Shown: piece after piece, positions 24,840-37,700 of the stretch
How positions within the stretch are numbered: position 1 is the first letter of the stretch
Layout of the letters: the number at the start of each line of letters is the position of its first letter
Source of the DNA: Acanthaster planci
Lineage: Eukaryota
Direction: 5' to 3'
Assembly (NCBI RefSeq): GCF_001949145.1
Contig: NW_019091356.1
Span: forward strand, 3,132,713-3,196,712
DNA: 64,000 bases
Notes under the pieces: generated by a model
What the model saw: only the letters and a program-made list of their open reading frames with translations
The model's database searches: none
Told to the model about the DNA's origin: nothing
Program-made: the position numbers and the translations under genes

Positions 24840-25573
24840 TTACGGGCTCCGTAGAACTGGCCATTGAGGTCCAACAGTTTCTAAACTCTTCAAAACATAA
24901 AAGATATAAGGACACAAAACTAAATCACCCACACCAAAAAGCTCTCTAAATTAGCACCAAGACTTTCATGCAAAAATAGTTCAACCTCTTCCTTCAAACT
25001 GTGGCTTCAAAAGATCTTTGGCCACAAGAATGAATGAGTAAAAATGTATTATTTGGCGATAACTTCCATAGATCAGGATGGAGATTGGAAAAGAACAAGT
25101 TTATGGATAATATACAGTTTATCGTACTGTACTGTGACCATTTCTTCAACTTACAAATACAACTTGGTTTTTTTTTTAAAATGACTGAGAAATATTATTT
25201 ACTGTGCAATTTCACAGACCTAAATAGGCCCTAATATTTGCTCAAATAATGGAATAAAAGAATACATGTATGCCGTACATCCTGACATGTTATTTACAAT
25301 TTCGAAATGTGAAGTAACTTCCAATCAAAAATGGATGTAATCTGTTGTTCAGTCATTTATTTTAAAACTTGGAGACCCAAAACATCAAAAGACTTAAACC
25401 TGAATACGTATGGCGAATGTTTAGCTGATTCTGTCAAACAGAAAGAAAACTTGGACCACTGCGTTAATGTTGCATCAACTGCAACTTAACTTACTGAAGC
25501 AATTCGAGAGAGTGGGAGGATCTACCAATTAAAAATTTCATATTAAAGGTCAGTAGGAGATCACCAACCAGGT

Positions 25574-28500
25574 TTAGGCTTTGATGGCCTCCTTCTGTTC
25601 GTCTACGTCAGATTCCTTGTAGTGTTTGAGGGAGCGGGCCGACGGGTCGTCTGCGTATCCACACCATTTTGGCATCCAGGTGTATGGGATCCACTTGGAG
25701 TGGCACTCAAAATGCTTCTCAAAGATCTGCCGATAGTAGAAGGCCTCTTTGGTCTTGGGTGGGTTGAAAGGGAACAACTTGGGAGAAGTTTCCAGCATGG
25801 AGTCGTCCACCTGGGCAGGCCAAGAGAGAAGTCAGTCATTAGTTGACATTAATTGTCTTTAGATCCTGTGCGGTGGTAGCATAAACACTGGGGGGGGGCA
25901 GACAGAGTGGCAGAAAGTGGCAGTGTGAAAATGAGAGGGTGCGAACAACAATTCCGAACCCAGGTCTATCAAAATCTACCCGGCGGTTTAAGAGGATTTT
26001 AAAAGATTAAGGATGGTATTACAGCTCAGACAATATCATGTCACATGGGTGCTTGATGATCTTGAAAGACTTGCAAATTGTTTGCCATCTATTTAATCTA
26101 GTCAGAGAGAAACCCTTTCAGTTTTCTAGCTTTTTCATTAAAAAGGTGTTTTGGTGCCGAGGATCCTTAGCAAAAGGAAGAGACTAGGTGCTTCTATTTC
26201 GGTAAAGAGTAAAAAAGTATGATGGAGTTGAAGGGAAAATACTCCACCCTCAACGGGCAACTTGTCCGGTTGATGTCTAACCAGCACGCACCTCTTGTTC
26301 AATGAACTCTTTCAGGCTCTGAATCCAGGAATTCTTCAACGACGACACACCATCGCTGAAGGCCTCCTTGGGACGCCAGAGAATCTCGGCAGGAAGGAGG
26401 CCCAGGCCGTCGAAGGCCTTGCGCAGGAGATACTTTTCGATGCCCTGCTGGGGGCACCGCATGTTGGCGGGGAGGGAGAGGTAGTAGGAGGTCATGTGGT
26501 GGTCCAGGAAAGGTACGCGAAGCTCAAGGCTGGAGAGAACGAGGGTACCAGGTAAACATAGGCGCATTCTTACAACCTTGTTCAGTAGTCTTAAGAGCCG
26601 TCACACATTGCATGAATACTGTGAGGACTCAGTATGTTTCAACGACTAACCGACATCCCAACAATTTCGTTCAAATTTTCCTGAATGATCCAAAGGAAAT
26701 CTTCTCTGGAATGCAAATGCTGGCTATGGTGCACATCCAAATAAAAGCTGAAAGAAGCATACCTAAAAATGTAAGCTAAAAGTGGTCAGGCTCAATTTGC
26801 CAGTTTAAATCTTGCAAAATACTACAAATCCTAGAAGCCAATGGTGAAGAACAAAGGTATATGAAAAGGTTCCTCAGAAGAGATGGTTTTAATCCCTTCA
26901 TGCTGGGATTTCTTTGACCGTGACTGCTGGGCTGTGGTATGCCCAGTACGCAAAGCTCTGTCCAGCAACGATACCGTGCACGATATGGGGCGGAGGGGTA
27001 CCCCCCATGTCCAATCTCTATACACACTCTAGACTACTGTTAGCTAACACATCGCCCCTGTAAAGAATTCCTGAGATTCTGACCAAACAATGACCAACAC
27101 AAAGGTGGGGGGGCTCTCCACCCCATATCTTGCATCATATGCCAGCAGCAAGCCCTACTGAACCAGCAGCTGCATGGTGAATAGACTATATGTGTGGTAT
27201 GCACTAATCCTTACACAAAGCCGCGGCTCCTGGTATGAACGGGTTAACAACCAAGAGAAAAAGCATTTTCGAAAAACCCCCAAAATAAGAACAAGTAAAC
27301 AGTCTCACCCGTGAGCAGCAGTTGTACGGTCAGCCCGCAGCACATCATAGAGGTACAAATCCTTGAGGAGCCTGCAGCTCTCCGCATCACCTTCCTCAGC
27401 AGATGGCTGCTGGTGGAAGTAGATGTATCCTTGGGCCAACTCGTCCGAGCCCTCACCGGAGAAAATCACCACCCTGTCCGTCTCCTTGCGGATGTACCGA
27501 GACACCAGATACATACCTGTGAGAAGTATATTTATCAGGTATGTTTCTAAACGGTTGCCGGGTCAAACGATCTGTGCAAATGGCCAGGAGAGTTGTTCAC
27601 GTACCCACCTGGATGTCTTCACATCTTCAATTACGGCGCCACGGTTATGACCAGGATTATTTTTCTTGGGAAATAAGGGGAAACGTGCCATAATCATAAT
27701 TGACAAGCATTCTTGGAGGGCTGGGCACCGTTTAGGGGCACTGTTTGCATACAAGACATACGCGCAACTCACCAACTGAGGCTCGGACTGTAGTGATGTC
27801 GTAGCTTTCCAAGGAATAGATGACCTCCTCTAGGGCAGCTATCCCTTCTTCTGGAGTGAAGGACACTTCATGGTGTTCGCTACCAATGTGTGCTGCCACC
27901 TACGTCCAAAAACAGGGCGAGAGGAAGGTGTGGTCAGTAAATTGGCAGAAGGCACTTTATAAAAAGAACAAATTCCGCAAGACAGAAACCCAACCAACCG
28001 TTTTTAGCCTAATGAGCTGTATGCAGATTGAGAAAGAATTCCTCAACCCTATTTGTACGTAGGGCTTTAATGTTTGTAATCAATATTTTGGATAGTCAAA
28101 TGAGAGCCAAGTTTTGAGGTGTCCGGCTTCTGCAACTATTTTTCAGCAGGCCTTGGAGTAAAGTTTAGCAGTTGAAGAATGTTTGCCGAGCGTCTAGAAC
28201 AGGGCTTAATGCTGCAGGATAAAATTCAGCTAGTGGAAATAAATAAGATGGCTGTGGGATAACAAGTGTTCATTTGTCCATTTTATCACCATTAACCCTG
28301 ATTTCTGAAAGTTTCACTGCGATGTCAATGCGTAAAATCCATTGGTATGCTGTGATGAGTTAGACGTTGCCCTGTAAGATTTCTGAATGCATGGCAAAGC
28401 AACAACTGTGACACTTCGTCACAAAGGCGGACACGCAACGATTTGCAGGCTCCCATTGGACAATCGCTGAAATTGCATGTTAACTTCCGGTTCCATGGTT

Positions 28501-31500
28501 CCATGTAAACAGCGATCAATGCATGTAACTCCATGTGCATCGCATGTGCAGTGGGCGTGGTTTAAAATGAAGTGACGTCACACTTACGAACCGGACTGGT
28601 GAAGTGGGTTGAGGCAGATCATAATGACCCCCCTGAACTCTAGAACCGGCGAAAGATATGCCAAAAAAAAAAAGAAGACGACTGGTACCTTTCTGGCAGC
28701 CATTATATCGGGACTTCCCCCCATACCAATAGAGTAGGTCTGGATAGGATAATGGATGCCAGATTCCTTGGCCAGCTTGACCACGAGGGCAGCTATCAGG
28801 CTTGAATCAAGACCACCTAGAAATGGTAAAGAGGTTTAGAGAAGCCAAAATTCATTTTCAATGACTCCGAAAGTGACTCAACTGGAGTTCTGACGTCAAG
28901 TTATTTTAATTACAAGGCAGAGAAGATATTTCAGCCAGTACACAAACCACGTGTGTGCCTCCCTCAGACAATAGTGCCCTTGAATACCCATCCTGCCCCC
29001 CTCTAAAAAAAGTTGACCCCTGCCAAACTCCCATGCAACTCACCAGACAGAAGACATCCAATGTGACGGTGGGTCATCAGTCGTTTCCGCACAGCGTCAG
29101 TGAGTAAGAGTCGAATGTTCTCATGGATATCGTCAGCTTCAAGATATGAACAGTCACAAAAACTTTCAGTGCAAAAAATGAACAAAAACTTCTTGTTCTA
29201 AAATTTGTCTTTATTGTGTAAAATAAAAATTCCTCGCAAACCATGTGATATAAATATGATTTTGGTGATAATGTCCGGTGCTTTCAAAATAGGACCTAAA
29301 TGTAAATTTGATCAAACTTTTTCCATCATCAATCATTCATTTGTCATCAGAAAATCAGACATGAAACAGCAGTTAGCTTTATACCACTTGGCTGCACAGC
29401 CACTGGGAGGTCGGACCACTTGGGCTTGTCCCCAACACTGTGGAATTGAACGCGCTCTGTCAGCGTTACTTTGCCTGTAGAGGCAAGGTCGTAGCACTCG
29501 ACGTGTCCTGGCGGAAAAGGGATGATGTCGATTTCATGGTCTTTGTCTCCGTGGGCCAAGCCGAGGAGACCTGTTTGCATCAGACAGGAAACAATAATGC
29601 AAACTTTTCAACCACGCGACAACTATCAAATTTCTGGTTAGTTAATACACTAATTAAATGACCACAGTAGGGCTGTGTCCAACATTCACGGTTGTGGCTA
29701 AAAACAACACATGCACCTATGAAGCCACCAACTGATAGCCATAGCCACTTCCCTTGGATGTGTAAGTTATAGCCATGTATGAGTTCTAGCAGGTCATGGC
29801 CTTAGGCCATTACTGCTGAGTTGCCATACTCCTGTGAACAGCTGGGGGACCAATGACCCCACTATTTTTTTTGACTTGGGGCATGGGGCATTTGAAAAGC
29901 TGAGCCATCATCGTTCCTGAGCTGGTCTGACGAGTACATGGGTCAAATACTTGTTTGACCAGTAAGGATCAAGAAGTCAATAATAAGTTCCTACAGTTGA
30001 ATAAATCCCAGACCAGTTGAATTCGAAATGCTGACCTTTGGCCTCTGAACACAGGGCAAGGAGACCATCATCTTTAAGCAGTCTGAACATGGGTCGAATG
30101 CCGAACGTGTCTCTTCCCAGAAACACCTGAAGAATGACGATTTCAAAAAAAATTAATCTTAATCCCGCTGTTGTGTCTTCCTTAAGATTTCATTTGGAAG
30201 TGAATGGCTACTTCCTAAGCTTGTAGTTAGGGCTAGGTCTAAGTCTTCCCCATTCAAAATACATAGGACAATCACAAGAACAACGACACCGGGATGCTTC
30301 CATTGCAGGTCCTTTGAATAGCTTGTGACATGAATTCAGACCTGGAGGGCTTTCGCTGGTGTTGGAATTGTCTTAAGTGGTCTTGACAATGCCACCACTG
30401 CAAATGAACTGAGCAACTCCCATGATCGTTATCAGTCAAAAATTCTCAGATGAACGAATGAGGAAATTAGCTACAGCCTTAAATAGGGCGGACTTGTGCT
30501 ATTTGGCTCACCTTCTTGGCAGCTGTGTCCAGCAAACAGAATGCAAAGACCCCATCCAGCATGGAGGCGGCATACTCCGCCCCTCCCTGGGCATACAGGT
30601 GAATAATGGCCTCCCCGTCGCACTCTGTGAGGTACTGGAAGTCAAACTGCTTCTGCACCTGTGAGAAATATGACCTGAAGTGCTAAATATTGCCCCGTTT
30701 ATGCAACCAGAGGTCAAGGCACAGTTCTCAAGTTACCCCTTTACCCTGAAGATCTGAAACCGATTTTGTTCATCTGCTGAACACAGAATGTATGTGCTTA
30801 GCAAAGAGCAAAATACCGGTTAAAATGTCACACAAAGCTTTTTACTCGAGACTGGCTCTCTGCTTATTATTGCTTGGAAGGAAATCACAAAGCAATGCTT
30901 TTCTATTCAGCTCGATGAACTTTGGCACTGTTCAGACTTAGCAGAAATTTCAAGCTGAAGCAGGTTTGTTGTAAAGCAACTGCCAATATAAAAATGTAGC
31001 TGTTGACGACACTAAATTCACCTTGCTTAATGTATGACAGCCACAGGAAAGGGTATTATCAGCATTCATTCTCCTGAGCCAAGTACATATTTATTCCCAT
31101 TCATAAATAATCTTTTTTTTCAATCAGAGTCAAGGAAGTCAATATATGATAGATTTCCAGTCCCAGTCCCAATAGGGGTGGATTAAACTCTCTTGTATCC
31201 AGGTGTCGGAGCGTTTTTTTTTTCATGCAGCGAGCATTATCAAATCTCAGCGGGCATTTTCAAATGTTAATACATGGTCACATTGTGCATTACTAAATAG
31301 GGAAACTGTCTGAGGTATTAATGAATCTTAAGTTAATACGGAGCAGCCATACCGCTAGATTCAACCTGTTGTGTGCTGAAGCGCTACTTTCCGTGCAAAT
31401 AAGGTGATTTGTAGGATTTGTAACCAAGTACAAGTTCACTTTGTCACAAATCAGAGATCAGTTTTGGTACGGGGGCTTTCAAAGAGTGCTTCTTTATTAG

Positions 31501-31766
31501 TTGGCTTTGGTACTAACTGTGCGGTAGTTGTAAATCTCCCCATTGTACAGGACGTAGATGTGGGGATGGCTTCGGATCCTCATTGGCTGCATGCCATATA
31601 CATCGTCCACGATGACCAATCGGTGGAAGGCCAGGCAACAGTTGACGAAGTGGTTGATGTTCTCAATCCGGAAGGAGTCCGGGCCACGGTGCGCGATCTT
31701 GAGGGCGCTCTTGTACTGCTTGGACAAGTCCTGGTCGCAGCCGAAAATGGCCCAAATTCCGCACAT
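25574..31766 (-). CDS. ASNS: Asparagine synthetase (glutamine-hydrolysing), canonical paralogue B (~567 aa)
   Basis: Exons 31766-31518, 30658-30512, 30126-30036, 29570-29385, 29136-29044, 28816-28689, 27899-27773, 27516-27309, 26529-26292, 25810-25574. Intact [44 protein letters not shown]. Confidence 0.96.
26893..27243 (-). mobile_element. Non-autonomous piggyBac-like element, copy 1
   Basis: Flanked by TTAA on both sides, with (t)ccc..ggg termini; homologous to 45677-45857. Confidence 0.7.
28406..28597. mobile_element. MITE family C, copy 2 (partial; ASNS-B intron 6)
   Basis: Reverse-complement similarity to 17991-18178 (gttacatgcattgatcgc..catggaacc..ggaagttaac). Confidence 0.7.
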
Positions 31767-33071
31767 GATGTGATGCTGTCTTCGCTTCCAAATTTAACAC
31801 TGATGCAGAAAAAATGTTCCAGTACATACTTTTCCGAAAGTAATTTTTATTTTCACGACTTTAGAAAGCACTACACACGTCATGCTTCACAGCTTACATT
31901 GGCAAAGGGCTAACTACATACATGTATTCCATAGTTACATGCAATAACAAGTTCACCGGACCCTGAAGTGTGTTCAATAGCAAAACTGTGGGGCATCCAG
32001 CAATCCGTACAAGTCCAGTCTCTTGTCATATTCAGGTTAGCACCGACAATATATTTGTGTAGCAGTTATTACGCACTTACAACCTTGGGGCTCTGTTTAT
32101 TAAAAAAAAGGTCGCAGCCTTGCTCATTCCAACCGTCCTTGAATAAATTCTGAAGGTTGTCTGCGTTAATATTGTCAAAACAGACATTATTAGTGGGACA
32201 AATTGAAGTGTCCAAGAATAAAATTGTGTCGAATTTGAAATTACTCCTGAAATATAAAACTGTACAGAAAAACTTGTTCAGATTACAAACGTGTATAGGA
32301 CACTGTGGCATTATTGATATGGTTTTACAATCAGATAAAAGATATGATATTGCCATATTTTTTCCTTCATTTTTTTTCAGAAGAAAAAGGTAAAAATATA
32401 ATTAGATGCCATTTAAAATTCTTATATCCTGCTATCAATTACAAGATTTATTAAAGTGATGGCCAGTCAGTTTTGCATAGAGGAATAAAAATTATTATTA
32501 TTATGTATCAAAAAATTTATTCAGTCAAAAATAACAGAAAAGGTTCACAATTTACGTTTTGATAATAATTATCTCTAACCTGTTCCAAATCCAACAAGAT
32601 CCTGTGAATTACACGAATTCTTAAAGGTCACACCTCATTCTCATCTAAAAACAACTTTTTTCAATTATGTAGCTAGATTCGCTATAGTTTCACAAACATG
32701 TCCGACAATTTAGAACCCACAGGTTTCACCCACAAAATCTGTCTGACACATCTGATTTCCACAACTACTGCGAATTCTGAAGGTTGACAGAAGAGAAATC
32801 CTTAATGCAAATGGGCTACATCATACATGTCAATCGTACTGCTTGGATAGATTACAAACTTATGGGAGTAATAGATCTCAGTGGCAGTGTATCGCATCAG
32901 CCATATGTTAACTCATGGCCTGCATGTACCCACACAAAATTCCCCTGCTTCTGCAAATATGTACATGTACATGATTTGCACATACACACATGCACACGTA
33001 CAAAACGGAACTGTAAAGCCTCACATATCATGAAATAATCGGGATCATATTCGTAATATTTGAACACTTAC

Positions 33072-33260
33072 CTTTCAGCCTAAGCTAACGATGCGATTCC
33101 CTGTCCAAAATGATCAGCTGCCCAACCCACGCTGGCTCTGCAGCTTGCGCGCGATCTCTGGAGCTCCGGCCGGAGTAGAAAATGATGATGAAACAACACG
33201 CGGGAAACTCTTTCGTTTTTCCTTGCGTGCCGCACGTCGGGCACGTGCTGACGCGTCCAA
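33072..33260 (-). promoter_or_regulatory. ASNS-B candidate non-coding first exon and promoter with C/EBP-ATF element
   Basis: Strong donor AAG/gtaagt at 33072, CpG-rich surroundings, TGATGAAAC at 33186-33194 and CACGTG at ~33242. Confidence 0.55.
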
Positions 33261-34799
33261 AGTTGGCATTTAAACACTGAATATTCAGTTATAAGAAAAC
33301 AACCACTCAGAGACTGGGAACGAAAATTGGGAGAGGGGAAAAGCCAATAAAATCGATACATGAATAATTTACATATTACTAGTAATAATAACAAAGAGGG
33401 CATGGTACCCAGACGACAGGTAAGTTATTGTAAGGCGATTTTAAGGGGTAATTGTAGTGGAACACACTAACCGAAAGTTATGAAAAGCCAAATGTTCATT
33501 ATTTAATCTCTGAAACTTTGAGATAACGATGTAAAGCGAGGTTATGTCTTACCTGATTCCATTCTTGGTACATGTACATGTACATGAACATACTCTTGTT
33601 AAACAACCATGAAAAGCAGTCTGCCTCCATCATGGGAAAACCTACTTCAGTTGTCACTTCTTTCAAAACTGCAAAAGTTTTAAAGTCGCAAACCATTTTC
33701 ATTCTCGCATTTCAAAAAATATCCACATGGCAAGCCTTCATTTCAGGCTTTTCCAGCCCTCAAGATGTCAAGAATTTTTGCTATCAGAGTAATCACCGAG
33801 TGTAACAGTCGCCCAGCCCAGACGGAAGAGGTAAGATCAATCATNNNNNNNNNNNNNNNNNNNNNNNNNNNNNNNNNNNNNNNNNNNNNNNNNNNNNNNN
33901 NNNNNNNNNNNNNNNNNNNNNNNNNNNNNNNNNNNNNNNNNNNNNNNNNNNNNNNNNNNNNNNNNNNNNNNNNNNNNNNNNNNNNNNNNNNNNNNNNNNN
34001 NNNNNNNNNNNNNNNNNNNNNNNNNNNNNNNNNNNNNNNNNNNNNNNNNNNNNNNNNNNNNNNNNNNNNNNNNNNNNNNNNNNNNNNNNNNNNNNNNNNN
34101 NNNNNNNNNNNNNNNNNNNNNNNNNNNNNNNNNNNNNNNNNNNNNNNNNNNNNNNNNNNNNNNNNNNNNNNNNNNNNNNNNNNNNNNNNNNNNNNNNNNN
34201 NNNNNNNNNNNNNNNNNNNNNNNNNNNNNNNNNNNNNNNNNNNNNNNNNNNNNNNNNNNNNNNNNNNNNNNNNNNNNNNNNNNNNNNNNNNNNNNNNNNN
34301 NNNNNNNNNNNNNNNNNNNNNNCAACCATTTGTAAAATCAGCTTCCTATTGGGGCAAACCATGGGCAAACAAAGGATACGCGATCATAAAGGCTTAAATT
34401 TATTCTACTCCGATCATATCTTAAAATGTGAGTGCGTGTTTAAGGGTTATGTTCATATTTATTGTCGCTGAATGATTTTTTTCTCTTTCATCAGCACAGT
34501 TGACTATCATGCATTGCACTTTGTACGTGTACAAATTTCCACTGTAAGTCACTTGTACCACTTTTTGATGGAAACTTCGTAGTTAAAGCGTAAATCACTT
34601 GAGGGCGCTACAACTACACACCATCAAAACATGGCCTCTTTCTTGCGGGGAATTGTGCAACTGCAACTTTCTGGGAAGAAATCAAGTATTTGTCCGTGGT
34701 TTGCTGTCGAAACATCGGCATAAGTTTGACTTATATTTGGCTGACTTTGTGTAATTGTTTGGTACTTTTTAAAGAAGGGCTGCTGCGAGCTTGGAAGCC

Positions 34800-37700
34800 A
34801 TGTTTGGCGACCTGTTCGAAGAGAGTGGCGACAGCACCACTACATCCACAGAGGGCAAGGGGAAATCCCCCGCCGTGAAATCCGGCAGTACGTCGCTTCC
34901 ATGTCCACCTGCGCCCCGCTTGAAGTGCGGTCTGGCCGGAATAGACAACCGAGGTGCAACCTGCTACATGAACGCCCTCCTACAAACGCTGTTGTTGACA
35001 CCTGAATTTAGAGGTAATTTGTAATTGTGGTAATGGTTTGTACCTAATCCTTCATGTCCTGTGGCCCTTTGAAAGTTTGACCATTTAACCATGATGTTGA
35101 CATATTGGGGCTCATATCTGTCCACCTCTCCCAGTCATGCCAATCCCATCAAAATATCAGTGACCGTAGAGGCATCAGGTCCCTTATTTCACCACTTACT
35201 CTGAAAACCAATCATACTTGACAATTAGTGGCAAAAGTAGGGACCTGGCAACTAGACAGTTAGACGTGGACACGATAGAAAGAGGTGTTTCTTGCATAGG
35301 ATTTACATAACAAATAATAAGGGACTTTCAAATTGAAATGAACTTTACGTGAAATCTTGTTGTCATACACACATACCGGTACTGATTGACGACTGGTCCT
35401 AATCTGTCCCAATATTGCAAAAGACCGTCCACTCCCTCCTTCCACTCCAAAGGGATGTTGAGGTTGGATTTGTCCATGTGAATGTACCGTACAGCCCGTG
35501 TACAGTCAGACCGTACATATGTACTGGCTTTGAGAAAAAAATGTCAAATGTTCCCGTAATTTGGTGAAATTTTTTGATTTCAGAGTCTCTGTTTGCACTC
35601 GGGCCGTCAGAACTGGGAGTTTTGGCAGATCAGAATAAGCCAGGAGCAAAGGTATCAGTAAGCATTGCAAGATGAGGTCAAATACAATATTCGAAAGGAA
35701 CATTTCAATGTCTTGAGCATACTCGCCCAGCCGGCTCTTTGTCAAGCACAGTGAAATTAACGGTCACAGGGGCGGTTTGTCTTTAACACCAGGTGCGGGT
35801 CATTCCGATCCAGCTGCAGAGGTTGTTTGGCCGCTTGCTGCTGCTGGACCAGCAGAGTGCGTCCACCGAGGAGCTGACGGACAGCTTTGGCTGGCAGAAC
35901 AACGAGGTCTGGAAGCAACTGGTTTCCTCCTCTCTTTGTAGATGTATCAGGAAAGATAGCTCATGATGACACAGTGCAGCGCCCTCGTTAAAGCTTGTAA
36001 AATCCAAATTGTGAAAAGAAAGGGTGATTCTTTTGTACTAGGGGTATCCAAGGATATGAGTGAAAAATTTGGTATCATTTTTCTGATCTATCTAAAACTG
36101 TAATGTGTTAGTTTTGCTGTTTTAGTAATGCACCGAAGATTAGATTATTATAATTAACAGAGAAAATTCTGTTAAAATAAAAATTAAAAATGTGCAAAAT
36201 AGTAATATTTTTAATGGGGTGATTTTGAAATGGAAGAATTTCATGGCTTAAAACTGTTCATTTTTCATTTTTATTGATGCTGTTGTCCTTTTTTTGTCCA
36301 GGAATTTCAGCAGCACGACGTACAGGAATTGAACAGGATTCTCTTCAGCGCAGTTGAAGATTCTCTCATCGGCACCTCGGGCCAAAACTTAATCTCGCGT
36401 CTGTACCACGGCATCAGTGTAAACAAGGTGAGCCCATTACCGCTGGCGTTATTGACTCCTGCGCATGCACTGACGAGGGCGCCATGCAGCTTAACAGTCA
36501 CTGTGAGTGAAGGTCAGACTGTGTCCAAGTTCTTTGGCTATCGCTAAAAAAAAACATAGCCTATGGACGCCACAAGCTCAGCGGCCGCTGCTATTTGTCA
36601 TAGACTTCTGTGTCATTGCTAGCCACAGCCAAGTAATTCAGACATGGCCCTCTTGTCTTGTTTGTTCATAAGCACATTAACTGTTTATTAGGAATATTAT
36701 TGGTGAAGTATCTACAAATGACACTCTACAATGTTGCCCATCTAAAATGTTAATCATCGGACGTATTCCCATAACAAGTGGTTTAGATGGGTGGTTTTGT
36801 TGCTTGCTCTTTCGTGATTGCCAGAGATATAACTAAATATTATTAATCATTTTGGTCAATTTCTTCCTCAGATTACCTGTGAAGTATGTGGGACAGTCAG
36901 TGAAAGAGAGGTATGAATTCTTTGTCGTGTATTCTGGGTACCGTTTGAAGGAAGCTGCTGTTTTCATTAGAAAACTTGGTGCAGATGCAGGGTTTTTTCT
37001 AGTTTGATCTACCACCTATCCAAAGCCGGAGTTTGAAGCGATTCAGTGCCTGTGCTTGGGACATGGATCTGAAGTGGGGACGTGACCTCGTGTGCGAGGA
37101 CGTTGAACATCCTCAGAACCTCTTGACTTGGAGTGGTTGCTGTTTGCCCTAATGTACTCCTCCCTTCTGTGTTGCCCCGTCGACCTCGTTCTGGATTCCA
37201 TCCACACCCAGAATGCCTAGTCTGCCTCGAGTCTTTGACCGAGATAGGACTTGGCACAGACCCGTCAAGCTTACTGATGTTTTTATGTCCCCCTCCCTCC
37301 ATTATTTAGGAAGATTTTCTCGACCTAACCCTGGCCGTGGCCCACTACTCAGGCATGGAGGACACCCTCAAGACATGCTATGTGGACGTGGAGAGAATGG
37401 AAGGTCGTAACCAGTACCACTGCAGCAGTTGCAACAAGCTGGTGGATGCCGTCAAGGTGAGGGCTGAGGACATGGCAGACCGAGGACATTATAACATGAG
37501 TGAGGACATTAAGGACCAAGGGTATCAAAGGCATTCCTGAGAACATACTATTTAACTGGAAATCAAGGAGACAATATACATGTATCACAGAGCAGCTTTA
37601 TGTAGACAAAGTGCTAAGTGGAGAGGCATTGTGTGCTTAGCTTGAAGGAGAACACCGGTTTAGAAAAATAGACATGAGTTTGGACCTTGCTTTTTTCTTG

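Noticed and set aside
17991..28597. Shared intronic sequence as evidence of recent ASNS duplication
   Set aside because: The shared block is a MITE in different introns (A intron 1, B intron 6), which indicates independent insertions.
17367..31766. ASNS A and B as uncollapsed haplotypes
   Set aside because: Introns are unrelated and most exons differ extensively; only exon 2 is near-identical.
31404..31913. 169-aa + strand ORF and similar antisense ORFs over exons
   Set aside because: Antisense shadows of GC-rich coding exons with no independent motif.
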